Below, piece by piece: positions 1 through 10,344 of a stretch of 64,000 nucleotides of DNA. The DNA is from a virus. Its lineage: Duplodnaviria; Heunggongvirae; Uroviricota; Caudoviricetes. The notes under the pieces are model-generated. The model was not told where the DNA came from, ran no database searches, and saw only the letters and a list, made by a program, of their open reading frames with translations. The DNA is taken from the IMG/VR virus record IMGVR_UViG_2721755728_000011. One strand, written 5' to 3'. Each line of letters begins with the position of its first letter. Within the stretch, counting starts at the first letter, position 1. The translations under genes and the position numbers were made by a program.

Positions 1-900
1 CCGTTCAGCTCACGTTTTTGTTCAGGCATAATCCGTCCTGAACAGGAAGGACACTGAATATAAGCCGCCTCACTTGCCAGCACAGGATCGGCAATATCAC
101 GGAAACCAGCAACCACATCGCCGCAGGGCTGAAAATACTCACCACAGTGTGGACAGGGCCAGTACCAGCGACGGCGATCACCACGGTTATAGAGCGACAG
201 GATCCCCGTGGTTGGTGGAGCCTCATGCGGTGAAGTCCGTCGCCATTTCACATCCTTCACATCCCTGCCGGGGGAACTCTCCACAAGCGTCATACCGCTG
301 GACATAAATGTGGTGGTACGTTTTGAGGCAAGAGAGAAAGCATCCCCCTCGCCATCAATATCTTCCGGAAAACGGTCATAATCCGTCAGCGCGACGCATT
401 TATAATCTGATGAAGGACATGATATTGACTGACGGCCAGCCGATTTTCAGGTAGTTGCCAGCAAGGAATGTTCTGTCATAAACGTTGTTGTCATTTTTGT
501 TCGGACTCAGGCGACTGACCACTTCCGGGCTGACGCGAAACGTTCTGGCGAGTCGTTTTTTGGAGTGTTCGCGGGCTTTTTCCTCCGTCATCTGAATGAT
601 CAGCATATCAGCAGGATCGCAAATCACGTTGTAAATCACCCAGCCGTCAATCAGGCCGATAGTCTTGCCGGTTCGTGCCGGGCCAACAAATATCACTGCG
701 TCGTATTCACGCGAGGCCAGGCAGTTCATAGGCTCAATAACATACGGTGCCACCAGCGGATCCCACGGGACTGAGTTCCCTGCCCCCATGGGCACCCGCA
801 TATACTGAGCAACGGCATCAGCAACCCGCATTCGTCTCGGTGCGCGAAGGATATAACCTGAATCGGTTCGTGCTGCCTTTGCGGTTTCCTGATTCAGCAT
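1..900 (-). pseudogene. Terminase large subunit (TerL), N-terminal 166 aa then stop at 400; homology continues in another frame to the window edge
   Basis: ORF 400..900 has a Walker-A-like FVGPARTGKT; the minus-strand translation of 1..399 in a shifted frame contains WPCPHCGEYF, matching the lambda gpA ACPHCGEE region. Frameshift or sequencing error. Confidence 0.55.
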
Positions 901-1394
901 TACTCCTCCTGCTGTAATTCCTCCTCATCATCCGCACCTGCTTCAGTCACCCGCAGGGCTATCTGATCGCGCAGATCATCAATAATGGACTGAACACGGC
1001 TCACAGCGGCAGGCTGCAGACCGCAGTCACGTTCCAGAATATCCGGTAATGTCTCCAGCACCTGCACGACCGCTTTTGCCCAGATGGCAAACTCCCGTCT
1101 GACATCACTGGCCGGAATGAGTTGTGCCGTTTCCTGTTCGAACTTAAGACGCTCACGTTCAGACTGATACCAGGCTTTGCGCTCATGCGCGTCCATTTCG
1201 CCTTCTGCAACCGGCGGTGGCAATGCCAGAAATGCCGACACAATATCAACCACCCGATAAAGCTTGAGGTTGCTTTCATGCCCCCCTGCAACGGGTAGAT
1301 TTTGCAGCCTTGCCGCAGCAGTCTGGCGATGTACACCTGACAGTGCCGCCAGTTGACTGATATTCAGCGTCAGATTTTTTAACTCTCGATCCAT
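900..1394 (-). CDS. Terminase small subunit (Nu1-like)
   Basis: 164 aa immediately upstream of and overlapping terL by 1 nt; N-terminal HTH-like region and acidic C-terminus; position next to a cos-like region. Confidence 0.55.
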   Translation of the reverse strand: MDRELKNLTLNISQLAALSGVHRQTAAARLQNLPVAGGHESNLKLYRVVDIVSAFLALPPPVAEGEMDAHERKAWYQSERERLKFEQETAQLIPASDVRREFAIWAKAVVQVLETLPDILERDCGLQPAAVSRVQSIIDDLRDQIALRVTEAGADDEEELQQEE

Positions 1395-1498
1395 ACCCGC
1401 TCCAGAATGTTTTAAACATGCATCTTGCGAACAACTTTAGGCAAACGGTGTTAGTGATGAACAAAAAACAATCAAAATCGACACCATAAAAATAAAAC

Positions 1499-1526
1499 CA
1501 CTGTAATATCAATCTATTACAGTGGT
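1499..1526. repeat. Perfect 10-bp-stem hairpin (ccactgtaat ... attacagtgg) upstream of terS
   Basis: Read directly from sequence; function unknown (possible terminase-binding or terminator element). Confidence 0.4.
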
Positions 1527-2010
1527 GGTGATGACGAATGAAATTTCAAAAACTAGCCTTTTTCCGCGACGCTCCCGCCCCGTGGCAGGCCACCCCACCG
1601 GGAGGACCCGTCAGCCTGACAGCTCTGACGAACGTCTGATACAACGCCTTGCATGAATGGCATCGGGATAATCCAGAAAGGCATAGCATCGTGCCCACAA
1701 GAATCTGTGTAAGTGTCCTGTTTCTTCCACCCACGCACAGGACTGGCGAGCATGAGGGACAAACCCGCGAACCATAAACGCGGTAAAAACCCGGTGTGCA
1801 TCGTTTTTGATTATTCCCGCACACTCGCGCAGAAGGAGTTCCCCGTCGGGCTACGGTCTCTGTTAATACGGGAATACGGCGACGATACAGCGCATGATGT
1901 GTCAGGCTTGAATACCTTTATCCGTTAAAAGGGATATCAGTTAAGCTATCCCGTGTAGGGTATAAGCCATTATCAAAGCCACTCTGTAGGGAGTGGCTTT
2001 TGTAATGGCA

Positions 2011-2036
2011 ATAAAAAGCCCCGCGAATGCGAGGCT
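2011..2036 (-). terminator. Intrinsic terminator downstream of Rz (segment A)
   Basis: GC-rich hairpin followed by a T-run on the minus strand; equivalent hairpin found after Rz in segment C. Confidence 0.5.
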
Positions 2037-2209
2037 AAATCCTGGTATTTGTAATGACTGGCTCTTATCTCAACGCAGCCCCTTACCGCGCGCAAGATAC
2101 TCAATATCAAGCATCAGCAATGAGATGTTTAATCTGGATTCACTCCAGAAGTGATCACCATCCTGTCTACAGAGCCAGATGTGAAGGATGATGAGTAAAA
2201 TTATCGCTA

Positions 2210-2677
2210 TCATCGAAGGCATTGCGTCCTGATGTATTCCTGAAGCGTTCTCAGTGCTGTTTGGTCGCGGATAATTCCGTCCCGGATACCGAGAACGTTT
2301 CGTCCAGCAACTGGAGAGAGTTCGACGGTGGCATCATTGCCCATGCCGGAGGCGCTGGAGGTTTCGGCTGAGGATGGCACAGGGCATTTTCCTTTGACGA
2401 ACACCCGACCACCATTATCAAGCTTGCGCCGAAGAGCATCATTTTCAGCTTTCGCATCAGCTAACTCCTTCGTGTATTTAGCATCGAGTGCATCAGCAGA
2501 ACGCTGGCGCTGCTGCATGTCAGTAATGGTGGCGGTCGCCTGCTTCAGCTCACTGACTTTTTTATCTCGCTGTTCTTTGTAGGCGATGGCGTTATCACGG
2601 TAATGATTGACCGCCCACGACAGGCAGACGATGATGCAGATAACCAGAGCGGAGATAATCGCGGTTACTCTGCTCAT
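2210..2677 (-). CDS. Rz: Rz i-spanin
   Basis: N-terminal TM segment plus coiled-coil-like sequence; start taken at internal MSRV as in lambda/DLP12 Rz; overlaps endolysin end. Confidence 0.8.
   Translation of the reverse strand: MSRVTAIISALVICIIVCLSWAVNHYRDNAIAYKEQRDKKVSELKQATATITDMQQRQRSADALDAKYTKELADAKAENDALRRKLDNGGRVFVKGKCPVPSSAETSSASGMGNDATVELSPVAGRNVLGIRDGIIRDQTALRTLQEYIRTQCLR
2251..2457 (-). CDS. Rz1: Rz1 o-spanin lipoprotein, embedded in Rz in another frame
   Basis: Signal peptide with lipobox (MVVGC) followed by Pro-rich sequence; embedded architecture typical of Rz/Rz1. Confidence 0.7.
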   Translation of the reverse strand: MRKLKMMLFGASLIMVVGCSSKENALCHPQPKPPAPPAWAMMPPSNSLQLLDETFSVSGTELSATKQH

Positions 2678-3171
2678 TGTTGCCCCCACAAACAGACTTC
2701 ACGCTCAATCTCACGACGAGTCATCAGGCCTTTCCATTGCTTACCGCCAGCGTATATCCAGCGACGTAGCTGGTCACATGCGCCTTTGATATCGCCCTGG
2801 TTTATTTTGCGAAGAAGCGTCGATGTTCTGAAATTGCCAGCACCCACGTTGTAGACGAACGAGTAAAGAGCGCCGCGCGTTGTTTCCGGTATATCGACTT
2901 TGATGTACGGGTTAATTTGTCTGGCAACCGTGGCAAGGTCTTTATTCAGGAGGGCTTTGCATTCTGCTTCGGTATACGTTTTACCGAGCATGATGTCTTT
3001 TCCGGTGTGTCCGTGACATACAGTCCATACGCCAACGATATCTTTGTATGGTATGTAGCTGACACCTTCCAGGCCATCGTCACCACTTGGGCCAGTGATT
3101 AACACTGATGCTATAGCAATTGCTCCGCCACCAATAGCAGCAGCAACTGCTTTTCGTAATGATGGAGGCAT
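2674..3171 (-). CDS. SAR endolysin (phage 21 R-type lysozyme)
   Basis: 165 aa with N-terminal Gly/Ala-rich signal-anchor-release segment, same family as DLP12 rrrD; follows holin. Confidence 0.85.
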   Translation of the reverse strand: MPPSLRKAVAAAIGGGAIAIASVLITGPSGDDGLEGVSYIPYKDIVGVWTVCHGHTGKDIMLGKTYTEAECKALLNKDLATVARQINPYIKVDIPETTRGALYSFVYNVGAGNFRTSTLLRKINQGDIKGACDQLRRWIYAGGKQWKGLMTRREIEREVCLWGQQ

Positions 3172-3386
3172 TATTCACCTCTCGCAGCCTTGCGCTTATC
3201 TTCTTTAATCTTGAAATAAAGGTTTGTCAGGTACGTCAGCAGGCCAAATACCAGGCTACCCAGCACACCTATTGCTGCCCACTGTGAGGGCGTGACTTTA
3301 TCGAGCAGCTGTAAAAACCAGTAACCGGCACTACCTGCTGAGGTGCCATAGGCGACACCCGTTGTTAACTTATCCATGGATTTCAT
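3171..3386 (-). CDS. Class II holin (S21 pinholin family)
   Basis: 71 aa from MKSMDK dual-start motif; two TM segments; C-terminal [13 protein letters not shown]; track ORF extends upstream via an alternative start. Confidence 0.85.
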
Positions 3387-3453
3387 AACCCCACCTCGCA
3401 GATGCGGGTGCTGTGTAATGGAAATAAAAAGGCCACCTGACGTGGCCACCAAA

Positions 3454-4506
3454 TTATTTCCCCACCAGCTCGTTTATCTCTTTCACTGTCTGGTTAAACC
3501 GCTCTGACTCAAGCTCAACACCTAAGGCCCGACGCCCCAGCGCCATTGCTGCTTTTATTGTGGAACCGGATCCCATAAAAAAATCAGCAACCAGATCACC
3601 AGGTCGACTACTGGCATTGATTATTTGCCTGAGCATATCCGCCGGTTTCTCACACGGATGTTTACCCGGGTAGAACTGAACGGGTTTATGCATCCAGACA
3701 TCGGTATAAGGCACGGAGACTGATACGGAGAAATAGCGCCGGAGAGATTTAAACTCATCCAGCAATTCAGAATATTTGCGATTCAGTGAATCATAAGATG
3801 CCACCAGCTGGTGGTGTGGTTGTTCCAGTTGTTGTTCCTGAAACTTCTCTGCCGCTATACGGGAAAACAGTGCCTGTAACTTCCGATAGTCAGCCTCATT
3901 CGGCAACTGCCACTGACTGGCACCAAACCAGTGGGAAACCATATTTTTCTTACCTGTGGCTTCGGCAATTTGTTTTGCCGTTATACCCAGTTCGGCACGA
4001 GCATCCCTGAAATACGAAATCAGCGGTGCCATTATGTGCTGTTTGAGTTCCCTTTCTTTTGCCGCATAGCCGTCACTTTTGCCGCGATATGGCCCCTGGT
4101 AATGTTCAGCAAACAGAACGCGCTCTGTGGCTGGAAAATATGCACGCAGACTTTCTTTATTACACCCATTCCAACGTCCGGACGGCTTCGCCCAGATGAT
4201 ATGGTTAAGCACGTTGAAACGTTCACGCATCATGATCTCAATATCAGATGCCAGGCGATGCCCACAGAACAGGTAAAGGCTTCCGGCAGGTTTTAACACC
4301 CGCCAGAACTGGGCCAGACAGTGGTCCAGCCACTTAAGGTAATCTTCGTCCCCTTTCCACTGATTGTCCCAGCCGTTGGGTTTCACCTTGAAGTACGGCG
4401 GATCGGTAACAATCAGGTCAATGGAATCATCAGGCAGGGACTGAATAAAATGCAGGCAATCAGCGTTGATTAAATCAACACTGTTTATTTTTACAGTATT
4501 TTTCAT
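3454..4506 (-). CDS. Orphan DNA methyltransferase (N6-adenine/N4-cytosine, beta-class)
   Basis: 350 aa with catalytic DPPY motif (VTDPPYF) N-terminal and AdoMet-binding FxGxG (FFMGSGST) C-terminal; no adjacent restriction gene. Confidence 0.8.
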
Positions 4507-4656
4507 GGATCAGTAAGCGTAACTCTGGTAGGCTCACTCTGCTTTTGCGCTAAAGCAGTGGGCCGTGGTTCGCTTGTGACCAGTAAGCATGAGCGAATGG
4601 CTGGCAGGTGCTACCAACACCCACCAGCCGCCCATTTTCACAGCAGGAAACCGCCA

Positions 4657-4884
4657 TTACTGGCAGCGTCTGAATTTATTCCCGTACCCGCCGTTATCCT
4701 TCGCCAGACCCGCCAGAACTAACTGAGTCAGTATTAACTGGCACCGGGCTTCGCTTACTCCGGTAGTTCTCGTCATCATGCGTGGCGTTACCCACTTGTC
4801 AGCAGGTAAGAAATGAAGGACTGCGGCGGCGGTTTCTGTCATATCTTGCTGTTTTAGCATGTCTTTTTCCCTTCTGGTTAACAT
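4657..4884 (-). CDS. Hypothetical small protein (75 aa)
   Basis: ORF between methyltransferase and lipoprotein moron; weak HTH-like segment; coding status uncertain. Confidence 0.3.
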   Translation of the reverse strand: MLTRREKDMLKQQDMTETAAAVLHFLPADKWVTPRMMTRTTGVSEARCQLILTQLVLAGLAKDNGGYGNKFRRCQ

Positions 4885-4981
4885 GACATACCAATAACTC
4901 TTGTCTAAAAAGCCAGCAAGATAAAAAGTCAGTATTCACGACCACCAGCGTGTTTACTGTACTGCACCAAGTTTACGGGTA

Positions 4982-5006
4982 CAAAAAACCCGCTCAGTGG
5001 CGGGTT
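4982..5006 (-). terminator. Intrinsic terminator downstream of lipoprotein moron
   Basis: Hairpin cccgc-tcagtg-gcggg followed by T-run on minus strand; near-identical copy of the hairpin at 5658..5688. Confidence 0.6.
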
Positions 5007-5083
5007 GCTATCACAGCTATATATTTACTTATTATGCCGTTACTAACATTTATCTTCGACATATAATCGAAAACAAGGTTTGC

Positions 5084-5500
5084 TTAAAACTCTGCTTTCA
5101 TTTTATCCGGGAATTTTTTATTTGCAGCATAATAACTACCAAGTACATAAGCGTTCATTTGCTGCTCTACATCAACCCGACATGCCGCACTAGAACAAGC
5201 TCCACTGATAAGCCCAAAAGAACTCCCTTTAGCAGAGAGATCAGCTTTGATTTCCTCTACAGTGTTTTTCCCCATAGCAACTACACACCCTGTCACAATA
5301 TATCTAGCTTTCACATCATCCATGCTAAGGATAGTAGTTTTCGCAATTTTGCTGTATCCATCATTTTTATAAACATCCATGGCAAACGCACGGCAATCTG
5401 TATAATACGGACTTGCTTTAACTTGCGAATACTCAGGTAATTTCATACCTGCACAACCAACTAAACAAAAACCTATCGCTGCTATTAATACCTTTTTCAT
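5084..5500 (-). CDS. Putative lipoprotein (AT-rich moron downstream of Q)
   Basis: Start at MKKVLIAAIGFCLVGCAG with lipobox LVGC; AT-rich codon usage; flanked by duplicated terminator hairpins. Confidence 0.6.
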   Translation of the reverse strand: MKKVLIAAIGFCLVGCAGMKLPEYSQVKASPYYTDCRAFAMDVYKNDGYSKIAKTTILSMDDVKARYIVTGCVVAMGKNTVEEIKADLSAKGSSFGLISGACSSAACRVDVEQQMNAYVLGSYYAANKKFPDKMKAEF

Positions 5501-5657
5501 TACAGTCATAACCTAGAAGCATCATTGAAACTAATTTATTAAATAACCATCGAGTTTCTGGAATACAGACGTTAACCATCTCTCCAAAATCTAAAAGATA
5601 ATAAGAAAAAATGTTTAACGCACCAATCCATTTCATAGTTTCATGAGACATCAGGCA

Positions 5658-5688
5658 CAAAAAAACCCGCTCAGCGGCGGGTTTTTGA
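5658..5688 (-). terminator. tR'-like intrinsic terminator about 100 bp downstream of Q (bidirectional hairpin)
   Basis: Hairpin cccgc-tcagcg-gcggg flanked by A-run and T-run; position matches lambda tR' relative to Q. Confidence 0.55.
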
Positions 5689-5789
5689 CATTTACCAACG
5701 GTAGACATACAAGGCCCATCGTTGAGAAAATCTTATCCATATTTTTTGAAAAATGCAAGTATCACGTCGACATCTTCGGCGAAAATTAT

Positions 5790-6584
5790 CTATCTTGTCA
5801 CTTTTCTCAATTGCGATTCAGCATACGCTTCTTCCTGCCAGCACTTTGTAACCAGTTTATTAATAACGTCTGCATATCCTTTGTACCACTGATAATCCGT
5901 CAGGTCCGGTACCAGTTTCTGGACATGATGCCGCGCCAGTGTGGTTGGTAAACGGCTAAACCGGTTGCCATTGCAACGCCCACAAATCTTATAAACAGGC
6001 ACACCATGAAGCCGGGTTCTTTTTTCATCCAGGACAATACCTTTACCCTTACACCCTCTGCACGCTGTGCTGACTTCTCCCTTACCATGGCAATGCTGAC
6101 ATAGTTCCTTCACCCACTCTTCCTTGATAACAGATTCCCCGCTTCTGGAGTGTTTCACCACTTCGCGCAATACATTATGAAATCCAGTACCAGCACAATG
6201 CTCACAGCGAGCCTTACTTGCCGCAGACCTGGAATAATCAGCAAAGGCAAAATTCACAAGGTAAGGGATGATCTGTAACCGGGTTTCTTCACTCAATTTG
6301 TTCAATGTCGGGTTATCCAGTGCCATCGCGTAATTGAGCAGACCTTCAATCGCAAATTGAGGATCCTGAACACCAACTTTTGCCAGGAATAAGGCAAACC
6401 CAAGCGGTGCTTTCGACTGCACCATCCCCTGCGCAGCCATCACATCCGTAATCGTTAAACCACCTGAGCCTGTCGCCGGTGCGTCATCGCTCAATTTTGG
6501 AGATTTTGGGGAGTAATATTTTGGTAAGGCTTCAAGGTTCATGCTCGTTCTCCACTTACGCCAGTACGCCAATTGCCAGCGCAC
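5790..6584 (-). CDS. quuQ: Late antiterminator Q, QuuQ type (lambda Q family, long form)
   Basis: Cys-rich motifs CEHCAGTG / CGRCNGN align with lambda Q zinc-finger region; probable true start at MNLEAL (6542). Confidence 0.8.
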   Translation of the reverse strand: MRWQLAYWRKWRTSMNLEALPKYYSPKSPKLSDDAPATGSGGLTITDVMAAQGMVQSKAPLGFALFLAKVGVQDPQFAIEGLLNYAMALDNPTLNKLSEETRLQIIPYLVNFAFADYSRSAASKARCEHCAGTGFHNVLREVVKHSRSGESVIKEEWVKELCQHCHGKGEVSTACRGCKGKGIVLDEKRTRLHGVPVYKICGRCNGNRFSRLPTTLARHHVQKLVPDLTDYQWYKGYADVINKLVTKCWQEEAYAESQLRKVTR

Positions 6585-6888
6585 GATCGATAAAACGAAA
6601 TATCAGCTCCAGCTGGGAGCCATACTTCTCTTCAAATGCCACGGTATCCGCATGCAGCTCGTCGTGATGCTTTCTGCACAAAGGCAACACAAAGAGGTCA
6701 TGCGCTTTTGTACCCATTCCACCCTGACCGTGGCCTATCAGGTGGTGGGGATCATCAGCAGGCTTTCCACAACATGCACACGGCTGTGTCTTAACCCAGC
6801 GCGTGTACTTTTCATTAACCCAGCGGCGACGTTTTGGGCGTAACATAAAAGACTCCGGCGACTCCGGATCCACTTTCAGCGCCAGCAC
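6556..6888 (-). pseudogene. 3' portion of ydfU/DUF968-like gene with HNH-like motif, 5'-truncated at inverted junction
   Basis: 110-aa ORF with CACCGK...HHLIGH...CRKHH motif; ends at Q start as ydfU does in Qin; mirror copy on plus strand at 6975..7355. Confidence 0.45.
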
Positions 6889-6974
6889 CTTTTTCGCTTT
6901 ATCCTGGATAATGCTGGTGGCAGGAACCGAAGGAACAAGGTCACTCTCCCGGGTGTACCCGGGAAAGTGACCTT

Positions 6975-7355
6975 GTGCCTTCGGTTCCTGCCACCAGCAT
7001 CATCCAGGATAAGGCGAAAAAGGTGCTGGCGCTGAAAGTGGATCCGGAGTCGCCGGAGTCTTTTATGTTACGCCCAAAACGTCGCCGCTGGGTTAATGAA
7101 AAGTACACGCGCTGGGTTAAGACACAGCCGTGTGCATGTTGTGGAAAGCCAGCTGATGATCCGCATCATCTGATAGGCCATGGTCAGGGTGGAATGGGTA
7201 CAAAAGCGCATGACCTTTTTGTGCTGCCTTTGTGCAGAAAACACCACGACGAACTGCATGCGGATACCGTGGCATTTGAAGAGAAGTATGGCTCCCAGCT
7301 GGAGCTGATATTTCGTTTTATCGATCGCGCACTGGCGATTGGTGTGCTGGCCTGA
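6975..7355 (+). pseudogene. 3' portion of ydfU/DUF968-like gene (mirror copy), 5'-truncated
   Basis: Protein identical over its shared length to the minus-strand copy at 6556..6888; no plausible native N-terminus. Confidence 0.45.
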
Positions 7356-7372
7356 TTTTGTGGAGAAAGTTA

Positions 7373-7756
7373 ATGCGTGATATTCAGATGGTTCTTGAAC
7401 GTTGGGGAGCGTGGGCGGCTAATAATCATGAAGATGTGACCTGGTCGTCCATTGCCGCCGGTTTTAAGGGATTAATTCCTTCAAAAGTAAAATCTCGCCC
7501 GCAATGTTGTGACGATGACGCGATGATCATTTGCGGGTGCATGGCCCGTCTGAAAAAGAACAACAGCGATTTGCACGATTTATTAGTAGATTATTATGTA
7601 GTCGGTATGACATTCATGTCACTGGCAGGTAAGCATTGCTGCTCTGATGGTTATATCGGGAAAAGGTTACAGAAGGCTGAGGGCATAATTGAAGGGATGT
7701 TAATGGCATTAGATATCCGGTTAGAGATGGATATCGTTGTTAATAACTCTAATTAA
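7373..7756 (+). CDS. quuD: Late antiterminator Q, phage 82 / DLP12 QuuD type
   Basis: 127 aa from [24 protein letters not shown], matching remembered DLP12 QuuD; track ORF starts at upstream TTG. Confidence 0.85.
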   Translation: MRDIQMVLERWGAWAANNHEDVTWSSIAAGFKGLIPSKVKSRPQCCDDDAMIICGCMARLKKNNSDLHDLLVDYYVVGMTFMSLAGKHCCSDGYIGKRLQKAEGIIEGMLMALDIRLEMDIVVNNSN

Positions 7757-7945
7757 TATGCCAATTGTTTACTGAAAGTTATTAAAAATGGGGCGTTGCA
7801 ACGCCCCCAAAAATAAAGGGTAATATATAACAGAAGGTTTATATAGTTAGAAGCAAGGTTGTGCTCCTAAAGGAAGTGGCTTGAGGGAGCCACTTATATG
7901 TTGGGGAGGCAACGCCTCCCGCAACATATCTTTTTCGTAATCAGA

Positions 7946-9043
7946 TTAGAACTGGTAAACCAGACCTACAGCAACGATGTCATCAGTGCTTACACCGAGT
8001 GCTTTAGTGAAGTCATTTTTGTCAAGCAGGTTGATTTTGTAATCAACGAAAGTAGACATATTTTTGTTGAAGTAATAGGTTGCACCTACATCAACATATT
8101 TGACTAAGTCCTGATCGCCCCATACTCCAAGATCCTTACCTTTAGATTGCAGGTAAGCAACGGACGGACGCAGACCGAAATCGAACTGATATTGTGCAAC
8201 AGCTTCGAAGTTTTGAGCTTTATTAGCAACGAAGTGATCAGCAAATACAGTCATATTCTGGGTTTCAGAATAGGTAGTGGCCAGGTAAATGTTGTTAGCG
8301 TCATATTTCAGACCTGCGGCCCAAACTTCTGCATTTTTACCGGAAGCAAATACTTCAGGAAGAACTTTCCCTGCATTAACTTGAGTGTCGGTACGATCAG
8401 ATTTCGCATAAGTTGCACCGATACCGAATCCTTCGTATTCATAGGTAGCAGAGAAACCGAAGCCATCACCGTTACCTTCGGTGTAGTTATCGAAATCGCT
8501 ACGATCGTTTTTGCCTTGGTACTGAGCAGCAAAGTTCAGACCATCAACCAGACCAAAGAAGTCGTTGTTACGATAGGTTGCAACACCAGTGGTGCGACCA
8601 GTCATGAACACATCTGTTTGGGTCCAGGTATCGCCACCGAATTCTGGCAGAACGTCAGTCCACGCACCGATGTCGTATGCTACACCGTAGTTACGGCCGT
8701 AATCGATTGAGCCGTAGTCACCGAATTTCAGGCCTGCAAATGCAAGACGGGTTTTGTCTTTGGAGGAACCTTGAGATTCAGCGCGGTTGCCTTTGAATTC
8801 ATATTCCCACTGACCGAAACCAGTCAGCTGATCGTTGATTTGGGTTTCGCCTTTGAAGCCCAGACGAACATAAGTAGTATCACCATCATCTGCATCGTTA
8901 GAGGAAAAGTAGTGCTTGGCATTAACTTTCCCGTACAGATCCAGCTTGTTACTGTCTTTATTATAAATTTCAGCTGCCTGAGCAGACATCGCCATCAGTA
9001 CTGATGCAGCTACAGCAGAAATTGCCACTGTTAATTTTTTCAT
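7946..9043 (-). CDS. nmpC: Outer-membrane porin, NmpC/OmpD family (intact)
   Basis: 365 aa with signal peptide [23 protein letters not shown] and C-terminal aromatic residue (..VYQF); DLP12 position between Q and holin. Confidence 0.85.
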   Translation of the reverse strand: MKKLTVAISAVAASVLMAMSAQAAEIYNKDSNKLDLYGKVNAKHYFSSNDADDGDTTYVRLGFKGETQINDQLTGFGQWEYEFKGNRAESQGSSKDKTRLAFAGLKFGDYGSIDYGRNYGVAYDIGAWTDVLPEFGGDTWTQTDVFMTGRTTGVATYRNNDFFGLVDGLNFAAQYQGKNDRSDFDNYTEGNGDGFGFSATYEYEGFGIGATYAKSDRTDTQVNAGKVLPEVFASGKNAEVWAAGLKYDANNIYLATTYSETQNMTVFADHFVANKAQNFEAVAQYQFDFGLRPSVAYLQSKGKDLGVWGDQDLVKYVDVGATYYFNKNMSTFVDYKINLLDKNDFTKALGVSTDDIVAVGLVYQF

Positions 9044-9631
9044 CGTGAGCCCTTTTTTTTGAACTATTATTAAAAAATGATGTCACTGCGCGATAAATAT
9101 TCATCTAATCAATGTGATTATTTCAAGATGTAAGTTTTAGTTTCTCATTTAATTTGTGAAGTAGATCTCTATTTTTATCTGAACTTTTTCTATCGAAACC
9201 TATTTATGGCTCTTATTTGAACAAAAATAAATCTATTAGCTAATTTATATTAATGGCTGTTATTTATGGTGGTTCTATAATTCGTCTGTTTAATTTAAAC
9301 CGGCTAAAAATAACACTGGAAATTATTTATTGGTTATTTGTTGAGGTTTTCTTATGTATTTGTGGTGATGTTTTGAACACTCGGTAGCATTCTCATAAAT
9401 ATCATTCAGTGGTTTACGTACGTAAAAAATTGGTTATGCTGTTAAGAGTGGTTACTTCGTCACACAGCTTAAACCCGCCGTCGAGCTGGTTTTTCCATTT
9501 TTTGAGTCTCGATATTAGCTGATAACTCAATACCTGAGTTATTCACTGACTCGGAGTCAGTTACGTTTCTGCTTTTTTGCGATACGTTGTATTCCCTCAA
9601 TTTACACCCGCTTTGTCTGCGAGGTGGGGTT

Positions 9632-9847
9632 ATGAAATTCATGGATAAGTTAACAACTGGAGTCGCCTATGGCACCTCAGCAGGTAGTGCCGGTTACTGG
9701 TTTTTACAGCTGCTCGATAAAGTCACTCCCTCACAGTGGGCAGCAATAGGTGTGCTGGGTAGCCTGGTATTTGGCCTGCTGACGTACCTGACAAACCTTT
9801 ATTTCAAGATTAAAGAAGATAAGCGCAAGGCTGCGAGAGGTGAATAA
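9632..9847 (+). CDS. essD: Class II holin (S21 family)
   Basis: 71 aa from MKFMDK dual-start; SD gaggtgg upstream; two TM segments. Confidence 0.85.
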
Positions 9848-10344
9848 TGCCTCCATCATTACGAAAAGCCGTTGCTGCTGCTATTGGTGGCGGAGCAATT
9901 GCTATAGCATCAGTGTTAATCACTGGCCCAAGTGGTAACGATGGTCTGGAAGGTGTCAGCTACATACCATACAAAGATATTGTTGGTGTATGGACTGTAT
10001 GTCACGGACACACCGGAAAAGACATCATGCTCGGTAAAACGTATACCAAAGCAGAATGCAAAGCACTCTTGAATAAAGACCTTGCCACTGTCGCCAGACA
10101 AATTAACCCGTATATCAAAGTTGATATACCGGAAACAACGCGCGGCGCTCTTTACTCATTCGTTTACAATGTGGGTGCTGGCAATTTTAGAACATCGACG
10201 CTTCTTCGCAAAATAAACCAGGGCGATATCAAAGGCGCATGTGATCAGCTGCGTCGCTGGACATACGCTGGCGGTAAGCAATGGAAAGGCCTGATGACTC
10301 GTCGTGAGATTGAGCGTGAAGTCTGTTTGTGGGGGCAACAGTGA
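9847..10344 (+). CDS. rrrD: SAR endolysin (R21-type lysozyme)
   Basis: 165 aa, near-identical to the segment A and C endolysins; SAR N-terminus. Confidence 0.85.

Larger units (their letters stand above)
6541..7372. repeat. Large diverged inverted repeat (about 415-bp arms, about 22-bp centre near 6950..6971)
   Basis: Reverse complement of 6541..6948 aligns with 6972..7372 with scattered substitutions; arms encode the same protein on opposite strands. Confidence 0.85.

Noticed and set aside
5-307. ORFs 5..226 (minus) and 74..307 (plus) at the left edge
   Set aside because: Low-complexity translations overlapping the frameshifted terL continuation; no gene-like features.
1713-1928. 71-aa plus-strand ORF in the conserved element downstream of Rz
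   Set aside because: The reading frame is not preserved in the homologous copy at 37201..37385 (early stop), so the conservation is at nucleotide level.
7780-7945. Hairpins between quuD and nmpC as a defined tR' terminator
   Set aside because: Several GC hairpins exist (for example ggggcg-ttgcaa-cgcccc) but none has a clear adjacent T-run, so I did not list one as a feature.
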